In this document: piece after piece, positions 38,576 through 48,762 of the stretch
How the letters are laid out: each line of letters begins with the position of its first letter
Position numbering within the stretch: position 1 is the stretch's first letter
NCBI GenBank assembly: GCA_963782055.1
Contig: CAWAIF010000003.1
Location: forward strand, 5,120,001 to 5,184,000
DNA length: 64,000 nucleotides
Reading direction: 5' to 3'
Origin: an uncultured delta proteobacterium
GTDB lineage: Bacteria; Myxococcota_A; Polyangia; Polyangiales; Polyangiaceae
Program-made: the position numbers and the translations under genes
The notes under the pieces: generated by a model
Told to the model about the DNA's origin: nothing
What the model saw: the letters and a program-made list of their open reading frames with translations, nothing else
Database searches by the model: none

Positions 38576-41500
38576 TCACCCCAGCTGAAACGCCTTCTGA
38601 AACGTCTGCAAGAGCCCCACGTCGTTGCTCTTCACCGCCCCGCTCATGAACTCCGCCACGCCCGGCACGTACGCCTCCCGCACGATGCGCGTGAAGATCT
38701 CCGGCGTCGTCTTGAGCACGCAGTCGGCCACGCCGCCCTCCGGCTTGCCGCTCGCGACCTCGCACTTGTGCGGGTCCACCCGCAGCGTCCACTTGGAGTG
38801 CTCGTCTGCGCCAAGGGTGAAGTAGAAGCTCACCGCCTTGTCCACCGCGCCAGGCTTGAACTTGGTCTCCAGCTCCTGGAAGAGCGCCACCAGCGGGTGG
38901 GGGCCCTTGTCGCGCCCCGCCTCCTCCGCGCTGCCCATCTTGGACAGGTCGAGCACTCCGCCCTCTTTCAGAGCGAGCACCGCTTCGCGCGCCAGGCGCG
39001 CCACCTCCCGGGCCGCCTCGGCGGGCGTCTTGCCGGCGGTGAGGCGGCGCAGGTCGGACACGCGCAGCGGCATGCCGATGCGCGCGTTGATGCGCCGGCG
39101 CATCGGAACCACGGCGCCACGGGGCATCGCCTCGTAGGTGCCGCCCAGGAAGACCGGCAGGATGTCCACGCCGTGGGCGAGCGCCAGGTGCCCCACCATC
39201 GGCTTGAACTCCTGCACGTCGCCGGTCGGCGTGCGGGTGCCCTCCGGGAAGAGGAGCACCGTCTTGCCGCCGGCGATGACCTCGCTCGCCTGCCGCAGGC
39301 TCTGGCGCACGCCGCCCTTGCGGTCGATGGCCTTGAGGTTGGTGAAGTTCTCGAAGAAGGCGCGCTTGAGGCCCTGGTCGAAGAAGTAGTCCTGCGCGGC
39401 CAGGGAGATGACGTCCTCGCCGTAGGTGCCGAGCGCGTGCCGCACGAACCCCATGTCCAGGTGGCTGGTGTGGTTGGCCACCACGATGGTGTTGCGGTTG
39501 TGCGGGATGAAGGCGCGGCCGGAGACCTTCGGCTTCATCACCTGGCCGTAGAAGGCGTCCTGCAGCTTGCCGATGAAGCCCTTGGCGGCGTCCTGGACCT
39601 GCTCGGGCAGCACGAGGGGCGCCTTCGCGGTCTCGCGGCCCTCGATCCGGGCGCCGGCGGCCCGCTCGGTCTTGTGGAACCTGGAGCGCGCCGCCTCGAA
39701 GAGGCGCTCCACGTCCTCCACGCTGCGGCAGGCCTGCAGCTGCGCCGGGTCGATCACGCGGCCGCGCGCCTCGAGGGCGTCGAGCAGCTCGGTGAGCATC
39801 AACGAGTCGAAGCCGAGCTCGCCCTGCATCGTGGTGTGGGCGCCCAGCTCGCGCGCCGGGCGGCCGGAGACCGCGGCGATCGCCACGCGCACCGGGCCGA
39901 GCTCGGCGCTTGCGTCGTCGGGGGCGGCGGTGGCGGCGATGAGGCGCTCCAGGATGGACCGCACCTCCGGCCGCTTCGCCTTGCGCGTGGCGGTGCGCGG
40001 GAGCGGCGCGTCGTACAGGTGCACGATCGCGGGCTGCTGCCCGTACGGGAGCTTGGCGATCGCCGCGCGCAGGCTCGCCATCGCCCGCGCGTTGCGATCG
40101 GCCCGCGCGGCGAGGCTGTCCGGCGCGGCGGGGTCCGGCGACGGCGCCGGCGGCAGCGACTCGCCTGTCGACGGGCGCACGCCCTCCGGCACCGCGAGGC
40201 ACCCGACGCGCTCGCCGCCCGCCGGCGCGGCCACGCCCACGACGGCCAGCTCGGCGATGCCGGTCACCTCGCCCAGGGCGCGCTCCACGTCGTCGGGGTA
40301 GACGTTCTCGCCGGTGGTGGTGACGATGACGTCCTTGATGCGGCCGACGATGTGCAGCCGCCCGCGCTTGTCCAGCTTGCCGAGATCGCCGGTCTTCAGC
40401 CAGCCGTCCTCGGTCAGCACCTGGCGCGTCGCCTCCTCGTCGGTGTAGCCGGCCATCACGTTGGGGCCGCGCGCCATCACCTCGCCGACGCCGGTCTCGT
40501 CGGCGTTCTCGATCGTCACCTCCACGCCGGGGATGGGCTTGCCCACCTGCCCCGACAGCGCGCGCGGCGAAGGCTGCGAGACGGTGAGGACCGGCGCGGC
40601 CTCCGTCAGGCCGTAGCCCTCGGTGAGCGGCAGGCCCAGGCCGGCGAAGAGCTGGTGCGTCTCCTTCGGCAGAGCGGCGCCGCCGGAGATGAGGATGCGC
40701 AGGCTGCCGCCGAGCGCCTGGTGGACCGGCCCGAAGAGGAGCTTGCCGGCGTCGACGCCCGTCGCCCTGCCCAGCTTGCGGTTCATGTCGGTCGCCAGGT
40801 CGAAGAGCGTGCCGGCGAGCTTGCCGCGGCCCTCCACCTGCGACCGGATGCGCCGCTCCAGGAGCTGCCAGAGCGCGGGGACTCCCACCATCGCCGTGGC
40901 GCGTCCGAGCTCCAGGCCGTGAGCCAGCCGCTCGCCGGAGAGCTCGTCCAGGTACTGCACGCGCGCGCCGCGCGAGAAGGGCAGCAGCAGCCCGCAGGTG
41001 AACTCGAAGGTGTGGTGCAGCGGCAGGACGCTGAGCACGCGGTCGCGCTCGCCCAGCGGGAAGATTGGCGCGAGCGCGGCGATGAGCGAGGCGAAGTTCT
41101 TGTGGGTGAGCCGCACGCCCTTGGGCTTGCCGGTGGTGCCGCTGGTGAAGATGACGCTGGCGACGTCGTCCTCCTCCACCTCCACGGCCGGCGGGACCAG
41201 GCTCGCGTCCTCGGCCGTCGTCTGGTGCAGGTCGAGCGGGCGCAGGCCCGGGAGCAGACCGGCGAGCTCCTCGCCGCTGCGCTCGCGCACGTGCGCGTCG
41301 AAGAGCGCCACCTCCGCGCCGGACTCGCGCGCGACGTTGGCGAGCGCTCGCGCCTCCATCTCCGGGTCCACGGGCACCGCCGTCGCGCCGGCGCGCAGGA
41401 TGCCGAAGTACGCGATGGCCCAGTCGGGGTGGTTGCGGGCGGAGAGCAGGACGAGGTCGCCCTTCTTCACCCCGGCGGCGGCGAGGCGCGCGGCCGTCGC

Positions 41501-43339
41501 GTCGCGCCGCGCGAGCACGTCACGGAAGGTCACCCGCGTGAAGCCATCGTCCTCCAGGCGCGAGAGGGCGAGCGCGTGCTCGCGGCGCTCCGCCATCTCC
41601 TCCACCAGCGAGACCAGCGTGCGGTGCCGGCGGAGCGGACGGAGCTCGCGCTTCATGCGCTTGTCCATCTCCGGCAGGATCCACTTCTCCAGCGCCGGCA
41701 TGTGGACCTTCATGTACCAGTCGGCCCAGTCGATGGAGTCCGGCGTCCAGGCGAGCTTTTGCTTGTATTGTGCAGGCAATCGCGCGTAGGCGCGGCGGGT
41801 GTTCTCGCAGGAGAACGGCCCCAGCGTGCGGCCGGAGAAGGGCGCGAAGAGGTGCAGGAGCTCGCCGATGCGCTTCTGCGACTGCGAGACGCCCTCCAGC
41901 GCCTTCGCCGCCGGGCGGGCGAGCGGGCCCATCGGCGCGGGCGTCTGCTTGAGCGCCACCGCCATCGCGTGCGTCGCGCGGGCGATGGCCGGCGCGCCGA
42001 AGCGGTCGATCGTCTCGATGGAGGTGATGGCCGGCTCGACGTGCGCCTGCAAGAAGTTGACGAGCGGGTTGCCCCCCTTCTGGCGGAAGGCCTTGCGCTT
42101 GTAGAGGCCGGCGAGCTCGCCGTACCGCCCGGAGGTGCAGGGGTTGGAGTCGGACGCGCCGAGCTGATAGACGGGCTTCGGGTCGCCCTCCAGCAGCTCG
42201 GCGAGGGCGAGGATCATCCCGGCGACGACCATGTCGGTGGGGATGAGATCGAGCAGGGTGTCGCCGCCCGGCAGGTGGGTGTGCCCCTTCATGGTGAGGA
42301 ACATGAAGGGCACGGTGGTGGAGATGCCCTCGTTCCACCCGGTGAAGGGGAAGGCCTGCGTCGTCTCGCAGCAGGCGGGCCGCGCGATGGTGAAGGAGAG
42401 GCCGGAGCGGGCGATGATCTGCTCACCGATGCTCTTGGTGTACGTGTACGTGTTGGGCCAGCCCCAGTGCTCCGCGCGCTCCCTGCCCGCCTCTACCAGG
42501 CGATCGCTCACCCAGCGGCGGCGCACCTTGGCGAGCTCCTGCTCCAGCGGTTCGCCAGCGGTGGGCTCGCCGCGCGCGAGCAGGTTCTTGCGCGCCTTCT
42601 CCAGGAACTCGCTCTGCCGGAAGGCGTCGTCGCAGCGGTGCTTGGCCTGCGCGATGACGTCCAGGCAATCGCTCACCTCCCGCTCGGGATCCCACAGCTC
42701 CTTGCCCAGCTCCTCGCAGCGCGGGAAGGGGTGGGTGAAGGGGTCCTCCTCCAGGATGGGTCCCTTGCGGAAGCCGGCGACGTAGCAGGTGCTGGTGTGC
42801 AGCAGCGGGGCGTCGCCCACCGCGCGCGCCAGGGCGACGAGGTTCTGCGCGCCGAAGGCGTTGGCGTCGAGGGCCTCGTCCAGCGGGGGGTTGAAGTCGA
42901 CGACGCCGGCCACGTTGACCACCGCGTCGAGGGTGCCCTTCAGCTCGGCGATGAGCGCCGGATCGATGCCGCACAGGGGCCGCCCGACGTCGCCGTCCAT
43001 GGGCACCACCTTCTCGGCGAAGAAGGCGCGCAGACCATCCTCGCCCAGCCGCTCGCGCAGGGAGCGAAAGGCGTCGCTGGGGATGATCTTCTCCGCGAGG
43101 CGCTCGGCGCTGGTGTGCTTCTCACCGGAGCGGACCAGGAGGTAGACCTTCCCGATCTGCGGGAAGCGGTCGAGGAGCATGGCCAGGAAGACCTTGCCGA
43201 CGAAGCCGGTGCCACCCAAAACGAGCAGGCGCGCGCCGTCGAAGATCCCGGCGACGTCCAGCGGGGTGAGCGCTTCGGGGACATCGCCCGAGGCGTGGGG
43301 GCCCGCCACGCCGTTGGTCTTGGGGACTTCTCGAGGCAC
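38576..43339 (-). CDS. elbD: ElbD-like multidomain lipid enzyme: fatty-acyl reductase - AMP-binding ligase - ACP - acyltransferase - SCP2
   Basis: GGTGFVGK, STCYV, YTYTKS (FAR); FTSGTTGKPKG, EGYGLTE, LKTGDLG (ligase); LGFDSL (ACP); NHTSHLD and FPEGTR (PlsC); SCP2-like C-terminus; start approximate. Confidence 0.85.
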   Translation of the reverse strand: MPREVPKTNGVAGPHASGDVPEALTPLDVAGIFDGARLLVLGGTGFVGKVFLAMLLDRFPQIGKVYLLVRSGEKHTSAERLAEKIIPSDAFRSLRERLGEDGLRAFFAEKVVPMDGDVGRPLCGIDPALIAELKGTLDAVVNVAGVVDFNPPLDEALDANAFGAQNLVALARAVGDAPLLHTSTCYVAGFRKGPILEEDPFTHPFPRCEELGKELWDPEREVSDCLDVIAQAKHRCDDAFRQSEFLEKARKNLLARGEPTAGEPLEQELAKVRRRWVSDRLVEAGRERAEHWGWPNTYTYTKSIGEQIIARSGLSFTIARPACCETTQAFPFTGWNEGISTTVPFMFLTMKGHTHLPGGDTLLDLIPTDMVVAGMILALAELLEGDPKPVYQLGASDSNPCTSGRYGELAGLYKRKAFRQKGGNPLVNFLQAHVEPAITSIETIDRFGAPAIARATHAMAVALKQTPAPMGPLARPAAKALEGVSQSQKRIGELLHLFAPFSGRTLGPFSCENTRRAYARLPAQYKQKLAWTPDSIDWADWYMKVHMPALEKWILPEMDKRMKRELRPLRRHRTLVSLVEEMAERREHALALSRLEDDGFTRVTFRDVLARRDATAARLAAAGVKKGDLVLLSARNHPDWAIAYFGILRAGATAVPVDPEMEARALANVARESGAEVALFDAHVRERSGEELAGLLPGLRPLDLHQTTAEDASLVPPAVEVEEDDVASVIFTSGTTGKPKGVRLTHKNFASLIAALAPIFPLGERDRVLSVLPLHHTFEFTCGLLLPFSRGARVQYLDELSGERLAHGLELGRATAMVGVPALWQLLERRIRSQVEGRGKLAGTLFDLATDMNRKLGRATGVDAGKLLFGPVHQALGGSLRILISGGAALPKETHQLFAGLGLPLTEGYGLTEAAPVLTVSQPSPRALSGQVGKPIPGVEVTIENADETGVGEVMARGPNVMAGYTDEEATRQVLTEDGWLKTGDLGKLDKRGRLHIVGRIKDVIVTTTGENVYPDDVERALGEVTGIAELAVVGVAAPAGGERVGCLAVPEGVRPSTGESLPPAPSPDPAAPDSLAARADRNARAMASLRAAIAKLPYGQQPAIVHLYDAPLPRTATRKAKRPEVRSILERLIAATAAPDDASAELGPVRVAIAAVSGRPARELGAHTTMQGELGFDSLMLTELLDALEARGRVIDPAQLQACRSVEDVERLFEAARSRFHKTERAAGARIEGRETAKAPLVLPEQVQDAAKGFIGKLQDAFYGQVMKPKVSGRAFIPHNRNTIVVANHTSHLDMGFVRHALGTYGEDVISLAAQDYFFDQGLKRAFFENFTNLKAIDRKGGVRQSLRQASEVIAGGKTVLLFPEGTRTPTGDVQEFKPMVGHLALAHGVDILPVFLGGTYEAMPRGAVVPMRRRINARIGMPLRVSDLRRLTAGKTPAEAAREVARLAREAVLALKEGGVLDLSKMGSAEEAGRDKGPHPLVALFQELETKFKPGAVDKAVSFYFTLGADEHSKWTLRVDPHKCEVASGKPEGGVADCVLKTTPEIFTRIVREAYVPGVAEFMSGAVKSNDVGLLQTFQKAFQLG

Positions 43340-43386
43340 CGGCAGGTGTTTCGTACGGGGCGCAACCCTTGTCAATGCGGACGGAT

Positions 43387-44079
43387 TTACGCAGTCACCC
43401 GATAGACGACGCCCACCTTCCGCCCCTTGCCCTCCACCTCGACCGAGGTGGGCATGGGGTAGCGCGCCAGCTCCGTCAGGCCGCGCCCGGGCGTGTATTT
43501 CCGGCCGGGATCGCCCGTCAAGACGGGTTTTTGCCGGGCCAGGCGAGAAAGCCACGCGGTGATGCCCTGGGTCATGGTCGCGTCGTAGAAGACGTCGCCG
43601 GCGGTGATCAGGTCGAAGTCCCCTGCGTCCAGATCCATGGCAGAGCCGACGCGCGGCTCGACCGTGACCCCGTTCTCCTCGGCGTTCAGGGCGCAGGTGG
43701 CGGCCGCCAGCATGTCCACGTCCACCGCCAGCACGCGCGCCGCCCCCGCCCGCGCCGCGGCGACCGCGACGACGCCGCCACCCGACGCCACGTCCAGCAC
43801 CGCCTTGCCGCGCACGCGCGCCGGATCGTCCATGAGGTAGCGTGCGAGCGCCTGACCGCCCGCCCAGGCGTAGGCCCAGAAGGGAATGGGCGCGAGCTCC
43901 GCTCCGGGCTCGGGGGACCGCGGTGCGCCGGCGCGGGCGAAGAAGGCCTGTGTGGCGTGCCACAGCGCGGTGACATCGCCCCCCAGGTGGAAGCGAAGCT
44001 CCGGCAGCAGCGGCAGGGTGCGAAGGCGCGTGCCCTCCTTCACGAAGGCGCGGCACGCCTCCATCGACGGCGCGGGCAT
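43387..44079 (-). CDS. Class I SAM-dependent protein lysine methyltransferase (METTL20/PrmA-like)
   Basis: PFWAYAWAGGQALARY, VLDVASGGG, AGDVFYD, GDPGR. Confidence 0.85.
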   Translation of the reverse strand: MPAPSMEACRAFVKEGTRLRTLPLLPELRFHLGGDVTALWHATQAFFARAGAPRSPEPGAELAPIPFWAYAWAGGQALARYLMDDPARVRGKAVLDVASGGGVVAVAAARAGAARVLAVDVDMLAAATCALNAEENGVTVEPRVGSAMDLDAGDFDLITAGDVFYDATMTQGITAWLSRLARQKPVLTGDPGRKYTPGRGLTELARYPMPTSVEVEGKGRKVGVVYRVTA

Positions 44080-44095
44080 GGAGCGGGGCTCTGGC

Positions 44096-44506
44096 TCAGG
44101 CCGTGCTCACCAGCGCGCCGGCGCGGCGGTCCACCAGGGCGCGCAGGCTCTCGGTGTCGAAGGGCTTGGCGATCCAGGTGTTGGGGATGCTCTCGAGGAA
44201 TGCGCGGACGGGCGGTTCGTCCGGCGCGCCGGTCATGAAGATCATCCGCCGGGCGACGGCGGGGGCGCGGGAGAGCAGCTCGGCGTGGACCGCCTCGCCC
44301 CCCATCTTCGGCATCTGGATGTCGCAGAGGACGACGTCGAACGTGCGAACCGAGACGAGGCGCTCGATGGCGACGCGAGGGTCCGTCTCCCACTCGACGT
44401 AGTGATCGTCGCCGAGGAAGCGGGCGACCGCGAGGGCGAGGAGCCGCTCGTCGTCCAGAACGAAGACTCGACCGATGCGCCTGCGTGTTCCGCTGCTGTG
44501 AGCCAT
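44096..44506 (-). CDS. Single-domain response regulator
   Basis: VLDDE, LCDIQMP, FMTG, AKPF. Confidence 0.9.
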   Translation of the reverse strand: MAHSSGTRRRIGRVFVLDDERLLALAVARFLGDDHYVEWETDPRVAIERLVSVRTFDVVLCDIQMPKMGGEAVHAELLSRAPAVARRMIFMTGAPDEPPVRAFLESIPNTWIAKPFDTESLRALVDRRAGALVSTA

Positions 44507-44615
44507 GTGGATCCTCCCCCCTCTCCTGGAGTCGGCCCGCGAAGTTTCAATTATGGATCAGCCGGCGGCGGTTGCAAGACGACCTCCGACTTTGCAAACT
44601 CGCGGGGGGCGCGGC

Positions 44616-44852
44616 TCATTCCCGGCGGCAGCGCAGGTGATCTCTCACCCACGTCCCGCGCGCCCCCGCGGCCGCGCGCGAGCGAGACTGCGGCACCTTC
44701 ATCCCACACCCGGTGCACTCCAGCGACAGGGGGCTGGCGAGGAAGAGCGTCGTCCCCTCCCGCACCACCTTCGCCGTCGTCCGCGGCGCCAGACCCCCGT
44801 CGTAGAGGGCGTCGACCTCCCCCACCAGCCCGTCGGCATCGATCGCGCTCAT
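44616..44852 (-). CDS. Small hypothetical protein with CxxC
   Basis: 78 aa, purine-rich GAGGAGG upstream, CTGC and HLRC. Confidence 0.4.
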   Translation of the reverse strand: MSAIDADGLVGEVDALYDGGLAPRTTAKVVREGTTLFLASPLSLECTGCGMKVPQSRSRAAAGARGTWVRDHLRCRRE

Positions 44853-44928
44853 CTCCCGAGTCTACTCCTCCTCTTCGCCCCCTGCCCCCCATCGGGGAAC
44901 CCCCGCCCCTCCGCGCTGTCCCTCCCCC

Positions 44929-46008
44929 GTGCCTCGCCGCCCCACCCTGCTCTTCTTCCTCCTCTCCGCCGCCTGCTCCGCGCCGTCCTCCGTCGAGCAG
45001 GTCCGCGTCGTCCTCGCGCGGTCCGCCCCGCTCCCCGCCTCCGTCGCGGCCGTCCAGAGGGCCCCGCGCTCCACCTGCGTCATCGTGGGCGACGGCGAGC
45101 GGCTGAGCGGCGCAGAGGATCCGCCGCCCTTCGATCTCTTCACCGCCGCGGACGCCAGGGCGCCCGCGCTGGTGGTGGAAGGGAGCTCCAGTGTGGCCAT
45201 CGCGTGGTCGGAGCTCCCGCGCTACCCGGGCTCGAACCACCGCGCACGCGTCGCCCTCGGCGGGCAGAGGCTGGTGCGCTTCACCGGCTGGGCGAGCCTG
45301 AGCGGCCGCGGCTTCCAGATCCGGCTGCGCGCCTTCGACCGGACCGGCCACCTCTGGGCGACCGGCGGCTCGCGCGCGGAGGTGCTCGGCGCCGCCGGCA
45401 AGGAGATCGTGCTGCGCGTCGCGACCGGCTTCGCCGAGCCGTCACGCCTGGAGGTCACCACCGGCTGCGCCAACGTCGCCTATCACCCCTTCAACCTCCC
45501 CGTGACGCACGACGTCGACGCGCCGTCCACCGGCCTTGTCGTGGAGAACCGCGCGGCGCGCATCGCGCTCGCCGACGCGCCGAAGGGGCCAGCCGTCGCG
45601 TCCTTCGTGCTGCCGGCGGACACCACGCTACGCCTCCCGGTGCTGGAGGCGCGGAGCGGCTGGATCCGCATCGCCGCGGAGTACCAGGGCATCGGCTTCG
45701 ACGGCTGGGTGCCGGGCGCCTCGATGGACCAGCCGATGGGCATCGGCCTCGGCGGGATCAGCACGAGCAGCCACTGCGGCGGCGTGAGCTCGAGCACCAA
45801 CCCGCCGCTCCGCGTGACCGCGGACACGCCGCTCTACACGGGGGCGGAGCCCGCGCCGCTGGAGGGTGCCGTCGTGGAGAGCGGGGCGCTCGTCCGGTTC
45901 GACGGCGAGCAGCGCGGGCACCTGCGCTCCTTCCACTTCGAGACGGGGGAGATCGCCGCGCCGGATGGGCAGCACCTCTGGGTGGACGAGCAGGCGGTCG
46001 GGAGGTGA
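44929..46008 (+). CDS. Hypothetical lipoprotein with SH3b-like segments
   Basis: Lipobox SAAC; VLEARSGWIRI...FDGWV. Confidence 0.65.
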   Translation: MPRRPTLLFFLLSAACSAPSSVEQVRVVLARSAPLPASVAAVQRAPRSTCVIVGDGERLSGAEDPPPFDLFTAADARAPALVVEGSSSVAIAWSELPRYPGSNHRARVALGGQRLVRFTGWASLSGRGFQIRLRAFDRTGHLWATGGSRAEVLGAAGKEIVLRVATGFAEPSRLEVTTGCANVAYHPFNLPVTHDVDAPSTGLVVENRAARIALADAPKGPAVASFVLPADTTLRLPVLEARSGWIRIAAEYQGIGFDGWVPGASMDQPMGIGLGGISTSSHCGGVSSSTNPPLRVTADTPLYTGAEPAPLEGAVVESGALVRFDGEQRGHLRSFHFETGEIAAPDGQHLWVDEQAVGR

Positions 46009-46118
46009 GGCGCGCCGTGACAGTCCTGCTCCCGCGCCCCGCCAACCTGGTTGTCTGACCGGCAAAGGCAATTCCAACAAACGGTTTCTTCGCCTGACGG
46101 CCATGGCATCATCGTAAG

Positions 46119-48647
46119 ATGACGAAGGCGGGAGCGGGGCAGAGGGGCGCTGGTTGTGGCAAGAGGTGGGCGCGCGCCCTGCTCGGCGCGCTGGCGGTGA
46201 TCGCGGCGGCGAGCTGCGGGAAGGTCGTGCCGGTGGCGGCGCCTCCGACGACGCAGTGCCTCCTCGGCTGCGACGGCACCGACCTCCGGCACGAGTCGAT
46301 CGACAAGGTCGACATCCTCTTCGCGATCGACAACTCGGCGTCGATGGGCGACAAGCAGGCGCTCCTCGCGGCGTCGGTGCCGGACCTCATCGACCGCCTC
46401 CTCCTGCCCGACTGCCTGACCGACCCGGCCGATCCCAGCTCGGTCGTCGCGCGGGTCAACGGCGCCTGCCCCAACGGATCGAAGGAAGAGTTCCCCGCCG
46501 TCTACGACATGCACGTCGGCATCGTCACCTCCTCCCTCGGCGGCGGCGGTGCGCCGGACGTCTGCCAGGACGGCGACCTCAATCCCATCGCCCAGCTCTC
46601 CAAGTTCAACCGCCACAACAACGACAAGGGGCACCTGATCAACCGCAAGAAGCCGGACCTCGCCAACCCGCCGGCCAGCGGCATCGAGGACCCGGTCGGC
46701 AACGCCAAGCCGGTGGACGGCACCGGCGGCGACTTCCTCGCGTGGCTCCCCTCCGACAACCCCAAGAACCAGGGCAAGCTCCCGCCGAACGTCACTCCCT
46801 ACACCACGGCGGCGGACGAGCAGACGCTCGTCACCGACTTCCAGAGCCTGGTCGCCGGCACGCAGGAGTACGGCTGCGGCCTCGAGGCGCAGCTGGAGTC
46901 CTTTTACCACTTCCTCGTCCAGCCAGACCCGTGGGAAGACATCACGCTGGCCCCCAACACCGGCAACCCTGCCAAGGCGCAGCTCGTCGGCGTGGACGCC
47001 ACGATCCTGAAGCAGCGCCACGACTTCCTCCGCGAGGACTCGCTGGTCGCCGTCATCCTGGTCACCGACGAGGAAGACTCCTGGAGCGATCCGCTCGCCA
47101 TCGGGGGGCGCGGCTGGGTCGCCCGCACGGTCACCTACCCGGGTTCGCCCACCGGACAGCAAGCCCCGCTGCCGACCCACGAGTGCGGCACCTTCCAGAA
47201 CGGCGCCTTCGTGCCCTCGGTGCCGGTGGCGGGCCAGGAGACGACGACCGGCCCGAACGATCCCAACTGCACGTCGTGCGGCTTCGCCGGCAACAAGGCG
47301 GACGGCACGTCCATCGCGCAGGACCCCAACTGCCAGACCGCCTGCGGCGCCGGCTGCATCGGCTTCTACACCGCGAAGCAAGACGGACTGAACGTCCGCT
47401 ACACCGACAACATGAAGGCGCGCTACGGGTTTGACCCGCAGTTTCACATCCAGCGCTACATCGACGGCCTGCAGTCGCTCAAGGTGCCCGATCGCGATCA
47501 CGAGACGCACCTGGGCGCCTCGGCGCCCTACGACGCCGTGAGGAACTGCACCAACCCCCTCTTCGCGAAGGGGCCGCTCCCCACCGACCCGAACGACGTG
47601 GGGGCGCTGTGCAACATGCCGCTCGGCCCGCGCACGCCGGACCTGGTGTACTTCGCCGTCATCGGCGGCGTCCCCAACCAGCTCGTCGACGACGCCCAGG
47701 GGAACGTGAAGACGCTCGCCGACACCGACTGGAACAAGATCGTCGGCAAGGATCCGCAGAACTTCGACCTCACCGGCATCGACCCGCACATGATCGAGTC
47801 GGTCGCCCCGCGGCCGGGTCTCCCCTCGCCGAACGGCGCCGCCACCGACCCCGTCCACGGCCGCGAGTGGAACACGACCAAGTCGGTCGTCGGCCAGGAC
47901 CTGCAGTACGCCTGCACCTTCGACCTGCCGGCGCCCAGGGACTGCACCGACCCGGTGAACGCGAACGCCTGCGACTGCGAGGGCATCGCGTCGAGCTCCG
48001 TCGACGGCCCGCCTCTCTGCGGCAGCCCGCCCAGCACGATGCAGGTCAAGGGCAAGGCCTACCCGAGCATCCGCGAGCTTCGCGTCGCGCGCGCCATGGG
48101 CGCCCGCGGGATCGCCGCGTCCATCTGCGCACGGAACACCACCGACGAGAGCAAACCAGACTTCGGCTACCGGCCGGCGATGAAGGCGATCGTGGACCGT
48201 CTGCGCGGCGCCTTCGGCGGGCAGTGCCTGCCGCAGCCGCTGGCGCGCGGGACGGACGGCGCGGTGGCGTGCACGCTCCTGGTGGTGTTCCAGGCGGGCG
48301 TGGACCAGGCCACCATTTGCAATCCGGCCAGGGGGCTCGCCCAGGTCGACAAGAGCATCAAGGACCCGTTCGACGCGAAGCGGCTGGCCGACCTCCGCAA
48401 GGTGACGCCGCAGGCGACGGCAGCGGATCTCGGCCCGGTGTGTCAGCTCACACAGCTCGTACCCCCCGCCGACTTCGCCGCCGGAGGCTCGTGTGCGTCG
48501 TCGCAGACGCCGGGGTGGTGCTACGTCACCGCGCCGGCCGCGAACGGCTGCCCTCAGGGCGTGGCATTCTCCTCCGGCGGCGAGCCCGCCGCCGGGACGC
48601 AGGTCACCCTCCAGTGCTTCGGGCCTGCCGGCGACGGCGGCACCTGA
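46119..48647 (+). CDS. Cys-rich lipoprotein with vWA-like MIDAS motif
   Basis: Lipobox AASC; KVDILFAIDNSASM, GCGLEAQLES, VILVTDEED, DLQYACTF, GWCYV. Confidence 0.8.
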   Translation: MTKAGAGQRGAGCGKRWARALLGALAVIAAASCGKVVPVAAPPTTQCLLGCDGTDLRHESIDKVDILFAIDNSASMGDKQALLAASVPDLIDRLLLPDCLTDPADPSSVVARVNGACPNGSKEEFPAVYDMHVGIVTSSLGGGGAPDVCQDGDLNPIAQLSKFNRHNNDKGHLINRKKPDLANPPASGIEDPVGNAKPVDGTGGDFLAWLPSDNPKNQGKLPPNVTPYTTAADEQTLVTDFQSLVAGTQEYGCGLEAQLESFYHFLVQPDPWEDITLAPNTGNPAKAQLVGVDATILKQRHDFLREDSLVAVILVTDEEDSWSDPLAIGGRGWVARTVTYPGSPTGQQAPLPTHECGTFQNGAFVPSVPVAGQETTTGPNDPNCTSCGFAGNKADGTSIAQDPNCQTACGAGCIGFYTAKQDGLNVRYTDNMKARYGFDPQFHIQRYIDGLQSLKVPDRDHETHLGASAPYDAVRNCTNPLFAKGPLPTDPNDVGALCNMPLGPRTPDLVYFAVIGGVPNQLVDDAQGNVKTLADTDWNKIVGKDPQNFDLTGIDPHMIESVAPRPGLPSPNGAATDPVHGREWNTTKSVVGQDLQYACTFDLPAPRDCTDPVNANACDCEGIASSSVDGPPLCGSPPSTMQVKGKAYPSIRELRVARAMGARGIAASICARNTTDESKPDFGYRPAMKAIVDRLRGAFGGQCLPQPLARGTDGAVACTLLVVFQAGVDQATICNPARGLAQVDKSIKDPFDAKRLADLRKVTPQATAADLGPVCQLTQLVPPADFAAGGSCASSQTPGWCYVTAPAANGCPQGVAFSSGGEPAAGTQVTLQCFGPAGDGGT

Positions 48648-48762
48648 CGGACGCGGGCGCGGGGCGGCGCGCCCCGCGGCGATCCGATCGCCCACCGCGT
48701 GGAATATATGCCGTAATCTCCCGTCCAACGGCATCGGGGGGACACGCGGAGGATCAAGGACG

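Noticed and set aside
38324..43405. 1693-aa plus-strand ORF (and similar long ORFs at 671-3310, 8649-10934, 30919-32661, 45834-48833, 49697-51373)
   Set aside because: Antisense shadows of real genes, expected at this GC3; no motifs and biased composition
43340..44056. N-terminal extension of the ElbD-like ORF in the ORF track
   Set aside because: Overlaps the methyltransferase in another frame and is low-complexity Arg/Gly; FAR domain starts near 43280
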